A DNA stretch of 64,000 bases from an uncultured bacterium (lineage in GTDB: Bacteria > Patescibacteriota > JACMRA01), in assembly GCA_963704645.1 (NCBI GenBank), contig OY969926.1:960001-1024000 (forward strand), written 5' to 3'. The notes below the pieces were generated by a model that was given only the letters and a program-made list of their open reading frames with translations, was not told where the DNA came from and made no database searches. This document shows positions 20,030 to 31,200 of the stretch, piece after piece (positions within the stretch are counted from its first letter, which is position 1; each line of letters begins with the position of its first letter). The translations under genes were made by a program, and so were the position numbers.

Positions 20030-21766
20030 ATGACAGAAACCAACCCACAAGAACTAGATTTTCATAAATTTATTCAGTATACAGACAATGAAACTGGTTT
20101 TAGTTACGGCAAAATTCCAGATTCACAAACCATGGTTGATTTGATCTTCGTTCATGATAGTAAAACTGATGTAACAATTTACACACCCATAGGAAAAAGC
20201 AACTTACCTTTTCAATCAGTTTTGGCTTTTGCTGGTGCCAGATATTCTCGTTCTAATGGCATTGTGTCTATTCTTGAAGAAATAAAAAATGGGCAGCAAG
20301 ATGCAGATAAAAAACTTGGTAATATTGTAAACAATTACGGTCACGCTAGTGTGGCTGAAATGGCTAATTTGCCAATTTATATTGAAAACCTAACCAAATT
20401 TCAAAGCGAAAGATTGTTTCATTTAAGTTCAATTTATGCTGGCCAAGGTCGTTCTAGCAGGTACCAGAAATGGGATAATATGGAACCAATTGGTTTAGAA
20501 AAGTATTTAAAAGCAGATGAATACTCTAGTTTCTCAAATTCGTCAGAATGGCAAAGTTTGAATCAAAAGTTTATTAGCTTGCAGGAAACAGCCAAGCAAA
20601 ACTATTTACATTTTTACGAAGAAAGTTACAGTTTTTTTAAGGAACATTTTGAAATTGATGACACCAAACTTAAACAGAAAAATACTTTAATTAGCCGAAG
20701 TTTAGACATGGCTAGGTATTTTCTTCCAATTGGGGCAATGCACACCACTTCTATGGCTATGTTTACTTCCGCCCGTGAGTGGTCTAGAGTTATTGGTTTG
20801 CTTTCAAGTAAGACCGATTTTGAGGCGGTTCAAATTGCTAAAATGCTACTTGTCCTACTCAATCCTTCCGATGACGTTGAAAGTGCTTTAAACTATGTCC
20901 CAGAGGCCAGTGAGCTAATTAAATACACAACGTCAGATGAAGTTACTGGCAACAACTTAAATGAATTAAATAAATTTTTGGAAAACTCCAGTTCGTTTAC
21001 TCAACTTTTAAATGAACATAAAGATTTAATTGAGGATACTGGAAGCAAAAAACTTTACCCTGAAGCCAAATTGTTAGATTCTAAGTTGAGTTCTGGAGCT
21101 AAGCTTGTTTTACAAAATATACTTAGTCTTCACCCAAGTTTAGATGTAGAAAGCTTAAGTAGTTGGGTTTTGTCTTTAAACAAGCAGGAAGCTGCTGAAA
21201 TTGGGCAAATATGTTTTCATAATTTTAATCATCACAGACAAATTGGACAACCACTTTCTACTAATCAAGTTAGTTTAGAACTTACCACAGATTTTGGAAG
21301 CATGATGGATTTAAACCGCCACAGGGCTTGGGGAAGATTCAACCCAATATTTAACTACATAAAATTTGATAAAAACATTATTAAAAAGGGTTACGTACTT
21401 CCTTTATATTTAGAAGAAATTGAGACGGCAGATAAACTTAAAAATAATTTTAATGAAAAATTAGAAGAATATTACTCTCAACTGAATAGCTTTTGGGATG
21501 AATGTTTAACCTACCCACTTTTCCCTACTCAAGCTTTAATTGACCTTCTTCCCATAGCACAAAATGCCAATATTTTGATGCACGCCAGCAGTAAAGAAAT
21601 AGATTACATGACCAAACTAAGAGTGAGGCCAGGAGGACATATAAATTATAGGCAAATAGTTTATCAAATTCAACAAAGTGTTATTCAATCTGACCCATTT
21701 TTTAAACCAGAAAGCCTAATTAAACCAAACCCAAATTCCAAAGAAGAATTTATGGACAGAAGTTAG
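20030..21766 (+). CDS. thyX: FAD-dependent thymidylate synthase, tandem Thy1-domain type
   Basis: ARYSRS, YGHASVAEMA, RSSRY, ARYFLP, DLNRHR, LRVRPGGHINYR. Confidence 0.8.
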   Translation: MTETNPQELDFHKFIQYTDNETGFSYGKIPDSQTMVDLIFVHDSKTDVTIYTPIGKSNLPFQSVLAFAGARYSRSNGIVSILEEIKNGQQDADKKLGNIVNNYGHASVAEMANLPIYIENLTKFQSERLFHLSSIYAGQGRSSRYQKWDNMEPIGLEKYLKADEYSSFSNSSEWQSLNQKFISLQETAKQNYLHFYEESYSFFKEHFEIDDTKLKQKNTLISRSLDMARYFLPIGAMHTTSMAMFTSAREWSRVIGLLSSKTDFEAVQIAKMLLVLLNPSDDVESALNYVPEASELIKYTTSDEVTGNNLNELNKFLENSSSFTQLLNEHKDLIEDTGSKKLYPEAKLLDSKLSSGAKLVLQNILSLHPSLDVESLSSWVLSLNKQEAAEIGQICFHNFNHHRQIGQPLSTNQVSLELTTDFGSMMDLNRHRAWGRFNPIFNYIKFDKNIIKKGYVLPLYLEEIETADKLKNNFNEKLEEYYSQLNSFWDECLTYPLFPTQALIDLLPIAQNANILMHASSKEIDYMTKLRVRPGGHINYRQIVYQIQQSVIQSDPFFKPESLIKPNPNSKEEFMDRS

Positions 21767-21772
21767 AAACGT

Positions 21773-22318
21773 CTAATCTTCCTGTACAATCTTAAACTCC
21801 TGAATAAAGGCCTTAATATCTGAGCCACCTTTTTTATTTAAGGCAGAAACTTGAAAAATTTTAGGCGCCCCATGAGAGTTGTGAAGCAAATTAATAAACT
21901 TAGTCCATTCTGCAACGTTACTAGAAAACTCCTTAGCTTTTGCTTTATCAATTTTAGTAAAAATAACGCTAAAAAATATTCTATTTTCAACCAACCAACT
22001 TAAAAAGTCTTTATCAATTTTAACAGGTGGAATAGAACTGTCTATAAGCACAAAGAGGTGTTTAAACAAACTGTCTTTAAAGAAAAGATCAACCATAATT
22101 TGATCCCAAATTTCACGCTTTTTACCGTCAACAGCAGCGTAGCCATAACCAGGCATATCTACAAAATCAAACTTGGTATTATATGGAAATAAATCGTGTT
22201 TACGGGTTTTACCCGGATGTTTAGAGGTTTTGGCTAATTTCTGCCCCAGTAGGTAATTAATAAGGCTAGATTTCCCCACATTAGAGCGGCCAATAAAGGC
22301 TAATTTGTATTTAGGCAT
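21773..22318 (-). CDS. engB: Ribosome biogenesis GTPase YihA/YsxC (EngB)
   Basis: GRSNVGKSS, SKHPGKT, DMPGYG, TKID. Confidence 0.93.
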   Translation of the reverse strand: MPKYKLAFIGRSNVGKSSLINYLLGQKLAKTSKHPGKTRKHDLFPYNTKFDFVDMPGYGYAAVDGKKREIWDQIMVDLFFKDSLFKHLFVLIDSSIPPVKIDKDFLSWLVENRIFFSVIFTKIDKAKAKEFSSNVAEWTKFINLLHNSHGAPKIFQVSALNKKGGSDIKAFIQEFKIVQED

Positions 22319-22393
22319 GTGAAATAAAGTTAAAATATAAGATACAACAATCATCAAATAGTTTTAAACATTGGGCAAGCCACAAAATTCAAC

Positions 22394-22416
22394 GTAGGGG
22401 AGAATCTTGATTCTCC
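22394..22416 (+). repeat. GTAG-type REP
   Basis: GTAG-G-GGAGAAT-CTTG-ATTCTCC. Confidence 0.7.
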
Positions 22417-22452
22417 TAACATAATTGAGAATGAGAATAAGCAATTTGATAA

Positions 22453-22986
22453 TTAGCCCAACATCTCTGCCAGCTTCCTAACTGTATTAATATTTCTAGC
22501 TGTAATTTGTTTATATAATTTTGAACCAATAAATTTTGGAACTTGCCCTAAATTATAATTCACTTTTTCAATATTCCAAACCAACGCACCTTCAATATAA
22601 ATTAAATTTTCAACCTCAGAGTTAAATTTTAGAGTATCAATTATTTCTGGATAATCCAGTTCTGATGGTAAAAACATAACATCTGTTTTCATTTCTTGGT
22701 TGTTTAGCCAGCTTTTGGGAATTAATTCGCATACTTTTTTAATTTGTTCTTGATTTCGTATAATAACTTTAATTTCAAGACCAAAGACCTCTAAAATTTT
22801 GTTTTGGATTGTTTCTAACAACTGTGGAATTTCAAGATTAGATGTTTCAAAAATTACATTCCCCGAATTTATATAAGTTTCAACTTTACCAAACCCAAGC
22901 TGCTCAAAAGACAAGGCTAAAGTTTTCATATCAACTTTGTTATTTCCACCAACATTAATTCCCCGAAGAAAAGCTATGTAACGCAT
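22453..22986 (-). CDS. DUF1697 family protein
   Basis: YIAFLRGINVGGNNKVDM..VETYINSGNVIF..TARNINTVRKL. Confidence 0.88.
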   Translation of the reverse strand: MRYIAFLRGINVGGNNKVDMKTLALSFEQLGFGKVETYINSGNVIFETSNLEIPQLLETIQNKILEVFGLEIKVIIRNQEQIKKVCELIPKSWLNNQEMKTDVMFLPSELDYPEIIDTLKFNSEVENLIYIEGALVWNIEKVNYNLGQVPKFIGSKLYKQITARNINTVRKLAEMLG

Positions 22987-23121
22987 AAGAAAGTTTATTG
23001 CACTAATATTTATTTGATTAATTAAAATTTGGAAAATGAATTTTTTGTATCCTACTTTTCTTCATAAAAAAATCCAGCTAGAATAAGCCGGAAAAGTATG
23101 TCTTTGGATAATTCATTGAAA

Positions 23122-23520
23122 TTAGAAGTTTTTATAAGCATTCATGTTTTGCTTAACTAAGGTTCGAAAAGAATCATTTAGAGATTTCTGTGCAGCACTC
23201 TTAGCCTCCTCGGGCAAAACCAACTCTATAGCTGCCACTGTATACTTGTAGTTAAGCTGTAAAAACATACCAGACAAAGCAATATTTTCTTTGTAACCTT
23301 CTTTTGGTGGAAGGGAAACAGTGAAAAATAAAGAATACCACATACCTTCAGGCCACAGGGCATTTTTCATAAAAACGTCCACTGAGTAACTGTTTAAAAC
23401 TGGTTCAATCATCTTGCAGAGTTTTACATTTTCCTTGCCAACAAGTTTAGATATATCGGCTTGCAATCTTTGCAACAGTAGAACTGTTTTATTTGCAGAA
23501 TTTGTTTTAACAGCTTGCAT
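23122..23520 (-). CDS. Orphan hypothetical protein
   Basis: 132 aa; GGAG SD; hairpin downstream. Confidence 0.55.
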   Translation of the reverse strand: MQAVKTNSANKTVLLLQRLQADISKLVGKENVKLCKMIEPVLNSYSVDVFMKNALWPEGMWYSLFFTVSLPPKEGYKENIALSGMFLQLNYKYTVAAIELVLPEEAKSAAQKSLNDSFRTLVKQNMNAYKNF

Positions 23521-23739
23521 CTAATATTATCTCCAAAAACTATACCTATTGTTAGGAAAATGTCTCTTGAACTTTTAGTCAAACAATGTAAAGAAAACAA
23601 CAGCGGTTAAACTGCCATTTTAGTTTTTGATCCAGTTAGTATTTGATCCAAATTGTGAAAATTGCTAAAGATAAAAACTGCCAGAGTAACTATCACCACA
23701 ACCTTGGACAAAGCGCAACCAATATTTTACAACTAAATT

Positions 23740-24135
23740 ATGAAACCAAAACTTCAAACTTTTTTGGAAGAAGCCGATAAAGACCAGTTGCTAGAAATTA
23801 TAGCTTCTTTGTGCGAAAAACATAAAACTTTAGAAGACGATATTAATTTTTTGTTAAACCCAAAAAATATTAAAAACCCACAAAGTTATTACAACAAATT
23901 GGTTAAAAAAGCCATTGATACCAACAGCTGGTCAAAATTTCCCAACAAAGGTGTAGTTGGGCTTTTAAACATGGTAGAAAAATTAGAGTTCTTTCAAAAA
24001 ATTGGAAACATAGCCGAAGCTGAAAAACTAGCCAAAAGTGTCTTAGACATTATTGCCAGAACCAGAAGAAATTATAACAGACAAAATAATGAAGAACTAG
24101 ATAGAATTGAGCTTAAGCTGCAAAGATGGTGGTAA
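23740..24135 (+). CDS. Hypothetical helical protein
   Basis: 131 aa; TGGACA 29 nt upstream of ATG. Confidence 0.65.
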   Translation: MKPKLQTFLEEADKDQLLEIIASLCEKHKTLEDDINFLLNPKNIKNPQSYYNKLVKKAIDTNSWSKFPNKGVVGLLNMVEKLEFFQKIGNIAEAEKLAKSVLDIIARTRRNYNRQNNEELDRIELKLQRWW

Positions 24136-24603
24136 AAGTTTTGGACAGTATACTTAAGGATACTTTTTTGACATTTATAGGTTTTTACGAAAATATAAAA
24201 ATGTTGATTATCTAGTGAGCCTTTTGAAAAATAGGATAGCTGGTGGTCTGGCAGTTTTAACTATAACTCCAGCCTTATCTCTTTTACAAAATTCAAAAAG
24301 TATAAAAATTTGGTTTGCACCAATTGATAAAAACATTAAAGTAACAATTAATGTACCTGTAGTTGAAGTAGGTAACAAACCCTTAAAATTAGAATTTGGG
24401 GGTTTCGAATACTTAATTTTGACAAACCCTAATCATTACGGGTTTCATAGTATTCAAATTCATTCTACCTCATGCAAGTGGAAGAGACAACGATTAGGAT
24501 ACAAAAGGTGCTTCTGCGTTTTGGCGAGGCACTTTTTTCTTATCCAAAATTTCCCAAAAAAATAGCTCCATTACTGGAGACTAAATTTTATTCCTAAAAG
24601 CTA

Positions 24604-25137
24604 TTACTTCTTAGTTGTTGTGGAACTAGTTGTAGTTGGAGTGGTAGAAGTTGTTGTAGCTGGAGTTGTTGAGCTAGAAGTTTCTGGTGTTGTGGAAGTT
24701 GTTCCTGTTGGGGGTTGAATAATTGGGGCGATGTTAATAATTTGGCCAATTTGTTCTCTGTAAATAATTGCTCTGTTTGGGTAAACAATTAAGTAGTCAT
24801 CTTTTTCAGCATTCTTATAAAACTCTGGCTGAGAAGTTTTTAGTTTTTCAACATCTGTAATTGTAGCTACAGCAGGTTGTTTGTCTGTGTCATCAATTTT
24901 TAAAACTTTACCTAATTTTTCTACAATATCTTTAACTTGTTGTTGTTGAACTTCTGCATTTTTAGTTGGGTCTTTTAAAGATGCATTTTCAGAAGCAATT
25001 CTGTCGTATTCTTGTTTGAAAGTGTATCCATAATAACCTACAATAGCTAAGGCTACAATTGACAGGATAATTGCAATAATTTGAGTGATTTGAATTTTAG
25101 CTCTTTTGTTTTTTAAAGCTGACTGTGTCTGTTCCAT
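24604..25137 (-). CDS. Membrane-anchored hypothetical protein with Thr-rich tail
   Basis: N-terminal TM; PAVATITDVEKLK..FYKNAEKDDYLIVY..AIIYR..IINIAP; hairpin terminator at ~24555-24583. Confidence 0.75.
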   Translation of the reverse strand: MEQTQSALKNKRAKIQITQIIAIILSIVALAIVGYYGYTFKQEYDRIASENASLKDPTKNAEVQQQQVKDIVEKLGKVLKIDDTDKQPAVATITDVEKLKTSQPEFYKNAEKDDYLIVYPNRAIIYREQIGQIINIAPIIQPPTGTTSTTPETSSSTTPATTTSTTPTTTSSTTTKK

Positions 25138-25215
25138 AAGTACTTACTAGCTATAAACTTTTTGGAATTTTGGCAAGTCTACAAGCCTAATTCTACTTAA
25201 AATTTGCCTGCAGCT

Positions 25216-28200
25216 CTACTTTTCTAACTCTTGTAATCTACTTTCAATACCATCTAATTTGGCTTTTAATTTAGAATTTTCTGTTTCCAGGTTCTTAATT
25301 TTAGCGTCTTGTTCTGCATTAGCCTTTTCAATACCCAAAATAATATCTTTTACTTCTTGAATACTATTTAAGAACGATGTCTTCAATGTTTCAATATCAA
25401 AACTTAAACCTGTGGAAGTGTCTGAACTTGTTGTAGAGCTAGAGTTAGCAGAGTCAGCCTTTAAAGCTTCAATTTCTTTTTGTTGTTCCTGAATAGATTT
25501 TACTAGAATTGGAGTAATGTCTTGCAATGAAACGAAAGAGTTATTTTGTTCATCTTTACTAATTAATTTGCTGCTGGATGTTAACAAATTAAAGCTGTAC
25601 AAAGTTTGACCATCTTTAAAGTTAGAAACAACTTGCAGGTCTTTAATTAAGTCTAAGCCGTTTTCAACTTTGCTTCCTGTTGAAACCATTTCAAGGCCAG
25701 ATTGGTTAATTTCGTCTGAACTTGAAGACAAACTTGGAGTTGCTGTTGCTACATTTTCTGAAGAAATATCTGAAGTTAAAGTAGAAAGCTTGTCTAAACC
25801 AGCCAACTTTTCATTTACGCTAGCAAAATTAGTTTGTAATTCTTTAATTTGATCTTGCTGAGTTTTAAAACCAAGCAAAATTTCGTCTACAATTTTTTGA
25901 TCGAAACCAGAGTAAGTTGTATCTGGAGAAGATGTTTTAGTTAATCCTAGAGAAGCTAATTCGTTGTCACCTAAAATTTCCTGAGTATTTAAATTGTTCA
26001 AACTTAAACTTGGGCTGGTGAAGATAGAAGATAAATCAAAGTTTACTGGTGCCTGCCAGAAACCTGGTTCTACAAATACTACAACTTCACCTTGATCTTG
26101 AGGGTTTTGTGGTTCAAAAGAGGTTAAAGCCTTACCAACAACCCTACCCGATTTTGTGGCTAACATACCTACACCTTCAATATCTGAAGAAGTAACTTGA
26201 TCACCAGCTTTAATATTACCATTTTTAGCTGTAACTTTTACTGGAACACGTCCTGTTAAGGCAACTGCTACTGGCTTTCCACGACCATCATTGGCACCCA
26301 ATACTTGACCAGGATCTGTTGACACAATACCAATTGCTTTTTCAGAGCCAACCTTATTAGTTAAGTTAACTTGACTTTGTCCATCTCCAGCTAATTCTAC
26401 AATTTGTCCAGGTACAGCCTTACCATCTAAATTATAGTAAATTTCAGCTAAATCAGCACCAGATACCTTGTAAGCAACCATATAAGAATAAGCACGAATT
26501 GTTGTTCCAGTATTGTTACTGGAGTTTTGAGCAAACTGAATTTGAGCGGTTCCAGTAGCTCCTGCTGTAAAGGAACCATAAAACTGAGTTGTTGCAGCAG
26601 TAGTGTTACTTGCAACAACAGAGTTACCAATTGCAGCTCCACAAGTATTTGTACTTGATTTATTACTTGTTGAATATTCACCTGATGCTAATTGACAGTT
26701 AGTTGAACCTGCTGGTAAGGCCAAATTAAATCTAATTCCTCCCGGAGCAGTCCTAGGGTTATCGCCAGGTCCTCCAACTAATGGATAAGAAACAAAAGCC
26801 CATGTATCACCTGCTTTTACATTCCAAGTCCATTCAGGAATTGCCACAACTGTTGTGCTATTTGTAACAGTTTGATCCACATTTTTAACAATTTCTATTT
26901 GAGATTCACTGTCTTCCCCTCCAATTTGTTTCCAGGAACTACCATTCCACATTGCCTGAACAGTTTTTCCTGCATCTAATCTATTACCAAATATTGTAAA
27001 TCCGCTTGTACCAATATTGTTAATATAAACAATTCTACCAGATGTTGTGTCTGTAGGGTTTGGCAATGTTAAAGTTTGGGAAGCTGTTGTTTGGTTAATG
27101 TTAAATGTTGTTTTAACATCTACAGTTGTTAAGGCTGTTCCTATGCTTCCACCAAGAGGTAAATCTGAAATTGATGTAGCAGAATTTAAGCTAGAACCAG
27201 AATTTACTAAGTTTGTTACTGTTGTAATGTCAGTATTACTATCACCCAAAGAAGTGTTGCCGTTAACGTTTAAGTTATTGTTCAAAGTTTTGTTTCCAGC
27301 AAAAGATTGTGTTCCTGTTGAAACTAAACCTGCGTTAGAAGCATCTGCAGTTTGTAAAACAAGATTGTTTCCAGAAATTACAGCACCGTTAGCAGACTTT
27401 GTTTGAGAATCTAAAGTACCTATTCCGCTAATTCCTCCTGTAGTGCTGCAAGTCCAAACTGCGGTTCCAGCAGACCATCTTAAAACTTGTGTATCGGAAC
27501 AACCGCCAAGCAATCTTATTCCTGTTGCTGTGCTTTCAATACCAGAGTTGGATGAAGTTGTAGCAGTAGTTCCAGCTGTTGTAGCGTCAACCGCAATATC
27601 GTTTGCATTTACTGTAATTCCGTCACCAGCCCCAATGTCTAATGTTACATTTCCACCTAACGCAACAGCCCCGCCAGTAATTAAGCCTGCACCAGAAGTA
27701 ATTGTGACACTTGAATTTGCCAAATCTGCGTTAACAATGCTTCCGTCTAGAATTTTTAAAGAATCTACAGAACCTGAAGCTAAATCTGATAATACAATGG
27801 TTCCATCTAGAATATTAGTTGAAGTTACACCACCAGTTGCAATGTCTGCAGTTAATATTGTGCCATCAAGCAACATAGCAGAGGTTATTCCTCCAGCGGA
27901 AATTCCTAAAGTATAAGGGTTACCTGCTGTACCAGCACCGCTTCTAGTTAATCCACCAGCTGCTGTAGCATTTAGAACTTCATTTCCAACTATTCCGTCA
28001 GTTTCTGTGGTAATATAAGCAGAGTTAGAACCTGTTGTTACTCTTCCTTGTGCGTCTACGATAACGTTGTTGTATGTTCCAGCGGTCACGCCTGTATTGG
28101 TTAAACTGAAGGAGTCTGCTGTAAATTGTAATCCTGTTCCTGCAGTTGGGAAAGCTCGCTTAGAAAGAACTCCGTTTGAATCTACGGCAACAATTTGAGC

Positions 28201-31200
28201 TTGAGTAGAAGTGCTTAAAGATCTAATTCTAGCTGTTCCATTAACATCTAATGTTTCTGTTGGTGTACCTGTTCCAATACCAAACTTTCCAGTTTCATCA
28301 ATTACCGCACGTAGTGCTGGAGCACCTACTCCGCCTGTGGTGAAGAATTTAATTTTAGAAGTAGCGCCCAAAGCAGCTAGGTTTAAGGTTGTGTCACTAG
28401 AATACAAATATGCATCGTTAGCATCTGTGAAAGGTGCAGTTGCACCAGCCTGACCGTTAATACCCAAATTTACGTAGTAACTTGATTCTGTACCATTGTT
28501 AGCTGTAGCCACAATATCTGAAGAAGCCGAAGCACCTGTATTTAAGTTTTGAATATTGAATTGGAAGTAACTATCAATGTTACCCTTAATATCTAAACCG
28601 GTGTATTGATTAGGATCAGCATTAATTGCAACTTTAGAATTATTTGGATTTGATGCGGTGTTTACTAGTATGTTTCCTGTGGCCGCATCCACTCTAAAAG
28701 CTTCATCATTGTTTGTTTTGAAAACTAAATCTGCAAGATCAGTTGTACCAATGAAGTTAGTTGCAGATGAAGTACCTGAATTACCATTCAAAGACCAAGA
28801 ATTACTAGAAGAATCTGTGTCACAGTTCCAACCAGCTAATAAAGGCCCTGCTGCATCTGGATCGGTTACATAGTATTTTAAAATTTGTCCTGAAGATGAA
28901 CAATTTGCTAAATCTGCACCAGCTATAGAGCCATTTACAATTTTAGTTGAATCTACAGAGTTAGAACCTAAATCTACCAGAGCAATACCGCCATCTGCAA
29001 TTTTAGCGGAGTCTACGGCTGAGGTTGCTAGTTTGGTATTAGTTACTCCACCAGTAGCTATTCCAATAGTATATGGGTCTAAGGCTGTTCCACTTCCTGC
29101 TCTCACTAATCCTTGGCTGGTTGTAGCATCTAAGATTTCATTTCCTACTATTCCGTCTGTTTCACTACTTAGGTAACTTACGTTAGATCCAGAGATTACT
29201 CTTCCTTGAGCATCTGTTGTTACATTGTTGTATGTTCCTGCTGTTCCTGTGTTGGATAGGTTGTAGGAGATTTGTGATCCACTTCTTACAGCTGTAGTTC
29301 CTGTTCCATTAGTAAAGTCTATTGTAGAACCTGCTGAAATGTTTTGTGTTGTTCCTCCGTTACTAGAGATGTTAAAGTTTGTTGTGTCTACGTCTGCAGT
29401 ACATACGAAGGCTGTTCCTGTCCATTGTAGTTTAGTTACTCCTGAACAAGTTGGTGAGTTAATAGAGAAGGCTCCTGAAGTTAGAGTTACTCCGTTTCCT
29501 GCTGTGTAGGTGTTGTTACTGTCCGTACCACATGTCCAAGATACTCCATTGTATTTTAATATTTCACCAGAGTTAGTACAAGGTGTAAGTTTAGCTAAAG
29601 ATACTGAAGCATTAGCTAAGTCTGCTGTGTTTACAGATCCATCCACTATCTTAGTAGAATCTACAGAGTTAGAACCTAAGTCTACCAAAGAGATAGAACC
29701 ATCTAATATACTGGTTGAGTCTATTGCTCCGGATACAAAGTCTGCTGAAGTGATAGAACCGTCTACTATTTTGGTTGAGTCTATAGAGTTGGAGGCTAGA
29801 TCAGCTAAAGAGACAGTTGCGTCTACAATTTTAGAAGAATCTACAGAGTTAGAACCTAGGTCTACTAAAGCAATAGCTCCATCGGCAATTTTGGTTGAGT
29901 CTACAGCTGAAGTTGCTATCATTAGTCCTGTTACTCCACCCGTAGATATTCCAATAGTATAAGGGCTGACTGCTGTACCTGCTCCGCTTCTAGTCAATCC
30001 TCCAGATGCAGTAGCATCTAAGATTTCATTTCCTACTACTCCATCTGTTTCACTACTTAGGTAACTTACGTTAGATCCAGAGATTACTCTTCCTTGAGCA
30101 TCTGTTGTTACATTGTTGTATGTTCCTGCTGTTCCTGTGTTGGATAGGTTGTAGGAGATTTGTGATCCACTTCTTACAGCTGTAGTTCCTGTTCCATTAG
30201 TAAAGTCTATTGTAGAACCTGCTGAAATGTTTTGTGTTGTTCCTCCGTTACTAGAGATGTTAAAGTTTGTTGTGTCTACGTCTGCAGTACATACGAAGGC
30301 TGTTCCTGTCCATTGTAGTTTAGTTACTCCTGAACAAGTTGGTGAGTTAATAGAGAAGGCTCCTGAAGTTAGAGTTACTCCGTTTCCTGCTGTGTAGGTG
30401 TTGTTACTGTCCGTACCACATGTCCAAGATACTCCATTGTATTTTAATATTTCACCAGAGTTAGTACAAGGTGTAAGTTTAGCTAAAGATACTGAAGCAT
30501 TAGCTAAGTCTGCTGTGTTTACAGATCCATCCACTATCTTAGTAGAATCTACAGAGTTAGAACCTAAGTCTACCAAAGAGATAGAACCATCTAATATACT
30601 GGTTGAGTCTATTGCTCCGGATACAAAGTCTGCTGAAGTGATAGAACCGTTTACTATTTTGGTTGAATCTACGGAGTTGGAGGCTAGGTCTGAGGAACCT
30701 ACTGTTCCATCTAATATCTTATCTGAAGTTATTGCGTCTGAGGCAATGTCTACGTTGGATATACTTCCGTCTACTATCTTAGATGAGTTGATAGAGTTAG
30801 AAGCTATCATTAATCCTGTTACTCCACCATTAGAGATACCTAAAGTGTAAGGATCTAGAGTAGTTCCAGAACCAGAACGTACTAATCCTTGGCTAGTTGT
30901 AGCATCTAAGATTTCATTTCCTACTACTCCGTCTGTTTCACTACTTAGGTAACTTACGTTAGATCCAGAGATTACTCTTCCTTGAGCATCTGTTGTTACA
31001 TTGTTGTATGTTCCTGCTGTTCCTGTGTTGGATAGGTTGTAGGAGATTTGTGATCCACTTCTTACAGCTGTAGTTCCTGTTCCATTAGTAAAGTCTATTG
31101 TAGAACCTGCTGAAATGTTTTGTGTTGTTCCTCCGTTACTAGAGATGTTAAAGTTTGTTGTGTCTACGTCTGCAGTACATACGAAGGCTGTTCCTGTCCA

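Noticed and set aside
24215-24565. 116-aa + strand ORF
   Set aside because: GTG start without a clear RBS, no recognisable motif and an implausible C-terminus. It may be a degraded gene, but cannot be supported.
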